DNA of 64,000 nt from Podarcis vaucheri (taxonomy: Eukaryota), in NCBI GenBank assembly GCA_965113315.1, contig OZ220370.1, one strand, 5' to 3'. Position numbers and translations under genes: made by a program. Positions 37,179-48,389 of this stretch are shown one piece after another. The notes beneath the pieces are model-generated. The model did no database searches and was not told the DNA's origin. It saw only the letters and a program-made list of their open reading frames with translations. Every line of letters begins with the position of its first letter. Position 1 is the stretch's first letter.

Positions 37179-40100
37179 TCCTCATGGAAATTCATCAGCA
37201 TTTTAGTTTGAATTTCTCTCAATAAACACATTTTTGTATGCAACTTTCTTCAATACAATGCATTTCTGTATGCCATTCTCACTAATGCATGCCTTTTTAT
37301 GCAGAGTTTCCCCAGTACATACACAGTTGTATACTTTACTTGGCTGGAAAACTGTGTTGTAAAATTCAGAGACGTGTGAATTTTGGAGGATAGCTGTGTT
37401 TCAGTTCGCTTTTTGTTTTGGAAAAATTAATAAGCTTGCTTTCAAATGTGAATTTCTCCTCCATCTCTAGTCCTGTCTGTGGACATGTGTGAAGCAATGC
37501 AGTCTGAGGAATTCTACTAGCTCAGCCATAATTCTGTGAGATTTCTTAACGGAACGTATCAGCAAGTGGAAGCTTAGTTTCCATTCACTGAGATCAAAAT
37601 CTCACACAGCACTTTTAAGGCAGTCTTACACGGTATCTTGTTCCCTTGGGGAAGTTGCTTCCACCTGGTTTCTCTTCACACCCTGGCTCCAACATCTAGC
37701 ACAGTTGGCAATCTGGGTCCTCCCTATTGTGCAGAGATTTTCCATGGCAACAGCATTTAGTATCTCTCTTCCTCCTCCTCCCGGTGTGTCTCAGAGTGTG
37801 CTACATTCACCATTTGATTACCACATTTGGACTTTGAGACTGCATCTCTTCAACTGACTTGTATTTCTGTCCTAGTGCTTTAAAGTGAGTAAACATGTAT
37901 TCTTAGGGAAGGGCCATAATTCAATGATAAAACCACGTGGTTTACACACTGAATGCCTCAGGTTCACGGCCCTGCATCTCCCAAAAGCCCTGGAGAGCCA
38001 GTGCTATTCAATGCAATATTGAATTCAATTGTCCCAAACTCTGACTCAACATAAAGCTGTTTCCTGTGCTTCCTTAGATTATTTACTTATAAGAGAATTT
38101 TCAGACCTTCATCCTATAATCTCAAGGTAGATTACAGTGCAATAAAACAGTAAAACAGCACTACATTTATAAGCTTATAAGCTTATGATCAGGATTTTGT
38201 TGCTCTTAATTCTGTGTTTGCTTTGTATCGTGCCTTGCTTTCTTTCTTGTCTCCATCACTACCCAGCATTGGTGTGCAAACCCTCCACAAATTAAATACA
38301 CAGAAACTTGCCTTACACCAGGTCAGACCATTTTGTCCCTCTGGCTCCCTATCACCTGGCAGAGCTTTCCAGGGTCTTAAGCAATGACTTCCCACATCAC
38401 TAGCAACCCAATCTCTTTACTTGGAGATGCAAGGAACTGAACAAGACCTTCCGTATGCTAGAACATAATGCTTCACCGCTAAGCTTAAGGCCCAGTCCTG
38501 AATTGGGATGATCAATGCAGTGAGAGTAAAATGTTGATCTACCACTTTTCAAGTTGGTTCTTGAAGGGTTTTTTTTAAAAAAAGATTTTAAGGTGTAAGC
38601 TTTTCAAGTTCCTGAAGGAGTGTTTTACTGTGAAACGTGTGGAGCTACAATAAGTGAGAAGTGCATCCATGAGAATTGTTCTCTGTTTTGTTGTGTTCAT
38701 CAGGAGGATTCAAGTGACAAGCTGTAGATGGTAGATACCACAAGTGAATTGTAGCCATCCAGAAGTGGCCTATTTAAGGTTGAGATAATCTGTAGTCTAG
38801 CTCATAAATATTGGTTGATCCATGGTCAATGGCCAGAGTTGATGGGATCTGTACTCCTGCAACACCCAGAAGGTCACACATTCCCCACCCCTGATAAACA
38901 TAATGAAAAGTTCACCCCCACTGGCACAAGCCCCATAACTGTTTAGCCTATTTTGTCAGGTTGCAACACGACCAGTTCCATTTCCTTCCATTCGTGGAAT
39001 GGGAGCCACAGTCAAGGTGACTCCTTCCTATGTTGCCTTCCTTAGCTGTAGGCAGAAAGGCAGAGCCAGCCTGCCCTCATGCTCCCATGGTTCGACTTGG
39101 CCATGTATCCTTGCCTTTCTCAATATGGTTACATTTGCTTAAATGCCTTACAACCAACGTGAGTAAAGGATTCAAGGAATATGCTTACCCAAAGAGAAAC
39201 ATGAAGCCACTCAGCAAACCAGTACCTCGGAATTCCTGATAAAATATGGCCCCTGGATTGAGACAAACAAAAACAGCAACTCTTGAATAGCAGTTATACT
39301 TGACAGGAACTTCAAGGTATTCTTTTCTATATGGAGAGACCCATCCAAACTGCTTGCTTCCACCACTGAGGCTGCATCCTGGCCATTCACAGTGGCGGCA
39401 CTGTGGGGGAGGCCAGGCACATTGACCCAATTGCCAACTGGTACCAATTTTTGGTACATCTGTTTTTGCCTACACAAAGTCCTAAATTTAGCTTTTTGAA
39501 TCTCTGAAATGGTCCGGTTGCTAGTGTTGTGGGAAATCTCTGCTTAACATCCTGGAAATCTCTGCCAGCCGGTATCCTCAGAATGCGTTTTGGAGCTTTC
39601 CATTAGCCTCCACGGGTGGGAAACCCACCAGCAGGTCTTCCGCCTGCCCACACATTTGGTCATGATTTGCTAAATGTGCACCACCAACATACTTGTTGAT
39701 TCATTCCAAGCCATAGTTTGGCTTAGCATTATGTGCGAACTGAGCTTCTCAGCCCCACTGGTTGAATGGGGGTACATCTTGACCTATGATTAAAATTTTA
39801 GTTACAACAATTAGCATGATTAAAGCCTGAAATTTTAATTCCTATGCCAAATTTCATGCCGATTGGTCATGTAGTATTAAAGATAATGAGTGCTAAACTT
39901 CAGATGACCAGTCCAGCACAATCTTAATGATAAGAGTGCCTGGCCCAGAATAACAGTTGCAGATATGCCAAGAGCAAATGTCTATTTCTGTTTCTTATAG
40001 CTTGCTAGGCTATTTTACTAATTGCCCAATAACTGCATGAACCTGGCAGGCTCCCATGGCAGCAGGCTGGGAACTCTTCCTAATGCTAATTGATCTGCAA

Positions 40101-41053
40101 AGGAGCCCTTGACAGGGCCAACAATTAATAACAATGCTAACTGTTTTACGTTAACAAACCTGGCATATATGGGTGATGGGTAAGTCCTTTCATTTTAGTT
40201 TTAAATGGGACTTTGTTTAGGTCAAATTCAGTATGAGTAAGGATATTTAGCAGTTGGCCCAGAAGTGCACACCATCAAATTCTCCATTTGGTTACATCAT
40301 TACAGCTGTTTTGGGTCAATCTTTCTTCTGGATCATACAGCACAGGCCTATTTTAATCCAGCTGCTGAACCAATCCATATTTTTTAAGCTTTGGTGAGCT
40401 CCGAATAAGTAATTGACATAAACTAATGGAATTTCTGTATGCAGATCTCCCGAAAACCAGTGACAGAGGAGGCCCCTGTGTGTGTGTTAAAGGGGTCATA
40501 AACGTTATAGTAACAATAACTTCTTGGCTCGCTGCAAACACAGCATATTGGTCCCACTCTGCTTGCTTGTTCTTACCACACCATACAATCCCAGGGAACT
40601 GGAGTCTCTTTTCAATCATATCCAGTTCAAAAGTTCTCACCCAGGATAAAATGTTAATAGCTTAAAATGGCTTTGGATTCATTCTAATTCCTTCGCTGTA
40701 GCCTAGCACGGAAAGCCTGCTGAAACAGAATATACACTCTGACTGCTAAGGAGCACAGCTGGTTGTTATCTTAAGGGCTTGCTTCATTGCTGAAATTACT
40801 TTAGCAGGTAAGAGAATGAGAAGCCAATGTGCACATGGGGAAAACATTCATTGTATGTCACTGCAGGCACTTGTAATAAAACCAGTAAAGCAGGATGGAT
40901 GTGGAATGTCAACCCTGAGAAAACGACATTTTGATGACAGTAGACTTTTGTCCCCTCTAAGTCATAACCAAAATGCATCTCTGAACGCTGGGCATGCTCC
41001 AGCCTCAAAGGAGCATTTTTACATCCCATAGATTTCAATGAGAGACTTGAGCA

Positions 41054-41092
<39 letters not shown>

Positions 41093-44000
41093 CAACTTTT
41101 ATTTATATCCCGCCCTCCCTAGCCGAAGTCGGGCTCAGGGTAGCTAACATCAGTTATATAAAAAAATTCCTTCCAGTAGCACCTTAAAGACCAACTAAGT
41201 TAGTTCTTGGTATGAGCTTTCGTGTGCATGCACACTTCTTCAGAAGTAGCCACTAGAAAAGCCGCTTAGAAAAGCCGCTGCTGCCTTTTCTAAGTCCTGG
41301 CTAATGGTGCCAAGTGCCCCCTTCACTTTATTTTGGGCCATCTGATANNNNNNNNNNNNNNNNNNNNNNNNNNNNNNNNNNNNNNNNNNNNNNNNNNNNN
41401 NNNNNNNNNNNNNNNNNNNNNNNNNNNNNNNNNNNNNNNNNNNNNNNNNNNNNNNNNNNNNNNNNNNNNNNNNNNNNNNNNNNNNNNNNNNNNNNNNNNN
41501 NNNNNNNNNNNNNNNNNNNNNNNNNNNNNNNNNNNNNNNNNNNNNNNCACAATGGAGCTCCCAGTTCTGATGCCTTTATTTGGTTGACAAGGGTACCTAC
41601 TAACCTGCCACAATAGCGCTAATGCTGAAGAATATGTAGTTGATTGGGATGACCTCTTCTGCACCATAGAGCTTCATTGCTTCATTTAAAACCCTATGAG
41701 AAGAAAGTCAATGCACTTTTAGAGTCACGTCAATAAGAATTCACAGGCTAGGGCAATTGCAGCCAACATTTAATAACAACTGGGCAGTTGGCATTCCAAC
41801 ACTCCAAGAAGATGCAATGCATGCTCTTGAGATCAGCTCTTCCTGGATGCTTCACCATTACTAAAACAGAGCAGAAAAACCCAAAGCATCAGCATTCGTC
41901 ATATATGCAACAACCAAGATGACCAAGGGCCTGGGAACTAAGCTTGAAGGAGCTGGGTAGGTTTAGCCTGGAAAAGAGGAGACTGAGAGGAGATAGGATA
42001 GCCATTTTCAAATTAAGGACTTAAGGACTGTCACATGGAGAATGCTTGTTTTTAGCCCCTGCTCTGGAGGGTAGGACTTGAACCAATGGCTTCAAGTTGC
42101 AAGAAAGGAGATTCTTACTCAACTTTCGGAAAAACTTTCTGACAGTAAGAGCTGTTCAGCGATGGAACAGATTCTCACGAGAGGTGGTGGGCTCTCCTTC
42201 CTTGGAGGTTTTTAAACAGAGGTTGGGTGGTTATCTGTCATGGAGGCTTTAGCTGAGGTTCCCGCATTGCAGGGAGTTGGACTAGATCGCCATTGGTACC
42301 CCTTCCAACTCTAAGATTCTATGATTCTATTTCCATAGACCTCAGTTCCACCCCCTTTTTTTTTTGGTGCAAATGACACTCTGATCTTTTAAGTTTGACC
42401 TGGAACCAAAGCTCTTCATATTGCATAGGCAGCGGTTCTCAACCTGTGGGTCCCCAGATGTTGTTGGACTACAACTCCCATCATCCCTAGCTAGCAAGGC
42501 CAGTGCTCAGGGATGATGGGAGTTGGAGTCCAACAACATCTGGGGACCCGCAGATTGAGATCCGCTGGCATAGAGCATGGGTAGAAAAACTAAGGCCCAG
42601 GGGCCGGATGCGGCCCAACTGCCTTCTAAATCTGGCCTGCGGACGGTCCGGGAATCAGCGTGTTCTTACATGAGTAGAATGTGTCCTTTTATTTAAAATG
42701 CATCTCTGGGTTATTTGTGGAGCATAGGAATTAGTTCATCATCATTATTTTTCAAAATATAGTCCAGCCCCCCGCAAGTTCTGAGGGACAGTGGACCAGC
42801 CCCCTGCTGAAAAAGTTTGCTGACCCCTGGCATAGAGAGTTGGAACACACTCCTCTGTACATCGACCAAGGTGTGAAGTCCCTCTGTACTCAACAGAGCT
42901 TGCTCCTAGATAAATGTGCACAGGATCGCAGCCTTACAAAACTAGGCTTTGAAGTTTATTTTAACAAGTCTGCAAAAGGGGGGTGGGGGATTAAATAAAA
43001 AGCTTTTTAAATCCACAAACTATATTAGGTTAAAATCAAAATATCAAATACTGCAGCCAGGGGTCTAACAGGCTTCGGCAGAACGCTCGGTTGTCTTTTC
43101 TTTGAACAGCAAACCTCCAGGCTATATCATAAGCGACTCTTGAATGTTTCTAAAGTGATTTGCCTGGAAGTATCAGGGATTGAGCTAGTATGGTATTATC
43201 TGTAGAATCTCAGTCTAGGAATGAGGAGACTCAGGTTCAAATCCATACTCAGAAGTGAAGCTCACTAGGTAACCTTGGACCAGTCATTGACTGCATATAT
43301 ACCATACATTTAAAGCACACACACACACACACACACACAACACACACACACACCCTGAATCCTAGGATCTATAGTTTGTTAAGGGTACTGGAAATTGTAG
43401 CTCTGTGAGGAACTCTTTGGGTGTGCTTCAAATGACTGGTGTGTTTGCAGCCACTATCTCTGTCAACGTTATTGACTTCACAGGGATGTTATGCTGATAA
43501 AGGGCAGGGAGAGAAGCAAACAGAAGAACCAAGGCAGGATATGAATGTAATAAATAAATGCTGTTTAAAAACCCAAGCCAAAAGCCTCTTTGAGTATATG
43601 GAACTTGTTACAAAATACTCTGGTTCCTGGCAGGTACTTCAAAACATGAGCATTACTCAGTGCAGAATAACACAGATGAACAAGCCTGTGAGCAAAATCA
43701 CCACACCCTCTCACCCTTCCCATTACTTATCTTTCTAGGGAGGAAACTAAGGAAATCACCCATGTTCTTCAGCCTTGGGCACCTTTGGCCATGGACAGCA
43801 CAGAAGAACTTGTTTAGTGCAGTGGCTCAGGAAATTCCTGGCTAAGATTTCACTTCTGCCACAAACTCACCAGGCAGGCTCAAGTCAAGCCACTGTCTAG
43901 TAGACCCAATCTTACAGAAGATGGATCCTGCCTGAGATCTTGTGAGATCTGCTATCGGTCAGAGTAGACAATGCTATGCTAGATGGACAAACAATCATGT

Positions 44001-47000
44001 TATAGTACAGCTACCTATGTTCCCAAGGTAATGTTTGGCCTACTTTAAAAGGTTGTTGTAAGAATTACTCGGTTTGTATATTATTATTATTTATTGAATT
44101 TATATACCATCCTATATCTGGGGGTCTCAGGGCAGTTCACAGAATAAAATCAAGATATAAAACCACAAAATACCTAATAAAAATAAAAACAACCCAATAT
44201 TTATATTTAATAAAAGTATTTCTGTACTGCCATTTCATAAAATGACAGAGGGTTGCACATCACCAAAACATAAAAATGTTGATGTATTTTAAAAACAGTA
44301 GAGTGTTATATTATATTATTATTTATTAGGATAGGCACGGCTGCTCGTTTCAAAACCTGTTATTTAATATTTAGTCCTGAATTTAAATATTTTATTTCGT
44401 GAGGAAATGTCGAATCTTTTCTGACCATCAGAGTTTCCAACCATTTCTGCCTTATCAACTGGCAAAAGAGCTGCTTTGAAAAAAATACACTGGGGGACAC
44501 CCACCACATCCCCAAAAAGCTGGATCAGCAGCTGAATATAAAAGTCTTAATTTCATGTAGAAAATGTTGTGCATCCTTTAAAAAGAGCGATCCTCCAAAT
44601 GGCCTATTGATACAACATTAAAGTCCAGCTTCTAATCTGTTTTAGACATTAGGAGTGACTGCAAGGTTATTTTAGCAACCGTTGAGCAGTCTCCATGGAG
44701 CTTTAAAAATAAAATAAAAAATCCTGCATATTCATGGCATAGTCAGGATTTCAAAATCACTGCAGACACCTCATTACTTTTGGCCAGTCATACCATTGAC
44801 ACTCTGAAAAATAAAATCCAACATAAATGCATGAAGATGCTACCCCCTCTCCTAAAATAAAAAAGGCTGTTCAAATGAGTCAGTAAAAGAGGGATGGCAG
44901 AACTTTGGCTCTCCAGTTATAGATAGACCACAAATCCCATCATCCCTAACCACTGACCATGCTGGCTAGAACTGATGGGAGGTGTAGTTCAGCAACATAC
45001 CGAAGGCCACAGGTTAGTGACCCCTGCACTAAAATATGTTTTGAGTTATGTTTGGCTACAAGAGGAAAAGCTGTAAAAGTGTCAGCTGCAAAGTCCCCGG
45101 TTTGAATCTTAATTCTGATATCAGTGCACCAGGTGGTCTTAGGAAAGCCAATATAAAGGCTGTATACGCACCATACATTTAAAGCACACACATCCAAGAA
45201 TCATGGGAAGTGTAGTTTGTTAAGAGTGCAGGGAATTGCAGTTCTGCGAGGGGTAAGCCACATTTCCCAAGATACTTTCAAGAGGCAGAGGTGGAATAGA
45301 TTGGATTAGAGAGTTTAGAGTTTGGATTTGATATCCCGCTTTATCACTACCCAAAGGAGTCTCAAAGCGGCTAACATTCTCCTTTCCCTTCTCCCCCACA
45401 ACAAACACTCTGTGAGGTGAGTGGGGCTGAGAGACTTCAAAGAAGTGTGGCTGGCCCAAGGTCACCCAGCAGCTGCATGTGGAGGAGCGGGGAAGCGAAC
45501 CCGGTTCACCAGATTACGAGTCCACCACTCTTAACCACTACACCACACTGGCTCACATGCGGTTTAAGCCTAAGAACATTAGAAAATGTGGTTTAAGCCT
45601 AAGAACATTAGAAAAGCCCGGCTAGTTCAGACCAAAGGTCCATCTAGTTTGTTTATTAAATTTTGCATTCCACTTTCCCATAGATATATGCTCAAAGCGT
45701 CTTATAACAGAATAACAAAAATGCTAATAAATGCTATTATTAAAATAGCAACGTCAGGTTGTGTTCACGTTGCCTGCAGTTGGTGAGAGTGGAGAAACAC
45801 AGGGCATAATGATACCAAAGCATAGAGTGAGTTAAACTACTAGACAGTCTAAAGGTTTGGGGGAGAACTAGACACGGAAATGCTATTATCGGCAGCAGCC
45901 CCCTGTCTTCTGCGAGAACTATCATCACAGCCAGGTTAATCAATGGACAGACCTTGAAAAGACAGGAAGGAAATCCCAGTTGGAAGAAGAACGCTTTTGA
46001 AGACATAATTATATGAGTATTCTGGGGAGATTAAGCTCCTTCCCCTTTAATAGTAATAATAAAAAAACGGACATGGGAAATAGTGTTGCTACAACCTGCA
46101 AATACAGAGCAGCACGGGGGAACAAGATGGCGAAATTAGTGAAAGCAGAGCAGGGTGTTAGTTTTATTAGTGACTGGCAGTGGGTGTAAAAGCTGTGGAA
46201 AATGTCAGAATGAAAAAGCAGCAGGAAACCAGCAAGGTTCATCTGGCCTGAAATCCTCAGCAAATGTAAAAGTGCATTTAGGAAAACCTGCATGGGCAGT
46301 TAACAGCAAAATAAAGCATGGCGGTCATAAATCAAAACTAGAAGTGAGCGCATAATAATGCATCTGGCCTGAAACCATCAGCGCTGAGTTGGGCCAAGGG
46401 CTTGTTAGAAGTTGGCTGTATAAGCAAAGCTATGACACGAAGCATTAACTATAGGAACAGAAATTAGCAAATGGCTGTTAATAGGGTAATAAGATGGTAG
46501 GTGAACATGTTAGAAACTTACTTGACTTGGTAAGCACATGTTACTGCCATCAGAATGAGCATGATGTAGAAAACAGGGTAAGTTAGCTGCATGTTCCCTC
46601 TCACAGAAAGTGTGATCATGGTTGCCACGGCTTTTACTGAAACGACGTTCAGAGATGCTGGAAAACAAAAGAGACTGATTCATGCATGCACATTATCTGA
46701 AGATCTTCTCTCTCAGTGTCTCCTGCCTCAATGTCTGAATAGGCACTGCTGAAAAGTGTTGTGTTTTAAGTGAGCGGAACCAACTGTGTCTGAAATCATT
46801 TCTGGTTGCTTTCATTTGTATTTATTGCTTACTTGGAAAATGTTAGAAACTGCTTGATAAAAAAGTGGTGTGGAAATAAAATTATAGATAAAACACAGCT
46901 AAAATCCACAAACCAGTTAAAAAAACAAATGCGCAGGAAAACCATAATCAAAATCAAATATAAAAAATTAAAAATCAATATAGGTAACTAAATCATGTTT

Positions 47001-48349
47001 CTGGCTAGGCTGGGCATCCCACCCACCCCCATCCTAGGTTTACTGCAGGCATCTAAAACAATATAGTGAGGGTACCTGCCCAATGTCAATAGGATGTATT
47101 AAAAGTATCTATCAATGAGCAGGCATATATCATTCATTGGTTTCTTGGCCTAATTTTTCTGGATTGGATTCAGATTTAGGCTGTGTGCACATTACCATTT
47201 ACTCTGGCTCCAGCATGCTTCCAACACTGGTGTTTAAAGCTAAATGCACATGACATTAGCCACAATCTATTTGTATCCTGTAGTTTCTTGAGAAATATTC
47301 CTGTTTGACGCACTTTCCCCTGAGACCAGCTTCCATCCAGTTATAAAACAGAAGCCACAGTTAAGGCAAGATGTGTACATTTCAAGCAGCCATTGCACAT
47401 GTGCAGGTGATTGTACATGCACAGATGACAGCTATGGTGAACTGGAATTCGGTGTGGGGAAACAAATCAGGTACAGTGGTGCCTCGCAAGACAAAATTAA
47501 TTCGTTCCGCGAGTTTTGCCGTCTAGCGAATTTTTCGTCTTGCGAAGCACGGTTTTAACGGTTTAACAAAGTCGCGAAAAGTTTTTGTCTTGCGAAGCAA
47601 GCCCATAGGGGAATTCGTCTTGCGAGACAAATCGCAAACGAAAAAACCTTTCGTCTAGCGAGTTTTTTGTCTTGCGAGGCATTCGTCTTGCGAGGTACCA
47701 TTGTATTGGGCATTGGGTGAAGACATCTCTGCCCCCTCTCTAGTGTGTACAGGAATCCAAGAAAGCAGTGTTAAACTTGGGGGAATGATCTCACCGTGTT
47801 TCAAGCTGCTAATGTGTACACACCCTAAGGCTGGCACAACCTACACACACTTATATAAGAGCAAGTCCCTCTGAATTCAGAGGGATTGATTTCTGAGCAG
47901 ACATGTGCAGGATTTCTCCACATGTTAGCTGCACTTCACTACCACTGAAATCAATGGAACTTAGGTATGGCTAACTTGTTCCATTGACTCCAATGGGATC
48001 TGGATCCAGTCCTATATAGTTACCCATAAACCTCTGGATATCTTATTTTTTGAATGACTTGAAATTCACCCACCCAATCTTGATATTTTGCATTAAGAAA
48101 ATCTCCCATGTTACCAGTCAGCCTTTCACATTTCCCTGTACAACATGGTATAGCTCACTGGAAATATTTTACTAAGCCTAAATTCATCCTTCACCAATGG
48201 TGCACACAGGAAAACAGGTAACTTGCTTGGATCCTAAGGGTTTGTCTGAATCAGAGCAAAAAGCAGATGTTGCCCCACTGTTGTTCTGAACCTTTCCCCC
48301 TGTAAATGCGGAGTTTCTTGATCCTGGACACTTTGGACTTTCGAAGGAT

Positions 48350-48389
<40 letters not shown>

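Noticed and set aside
41314-41667. ORFs spanning the N run
   Set aside because: Artefacts of the gap; the real coding sequence is the minus-strand exon 41605-41693.
47474-47703. CRISPR-like repeats with spacers (cgtcttgcga)
   Set aside because: Short, irregularly spaced subterminal motifs inside a TA-flanked MITE in a vertebrate intron.
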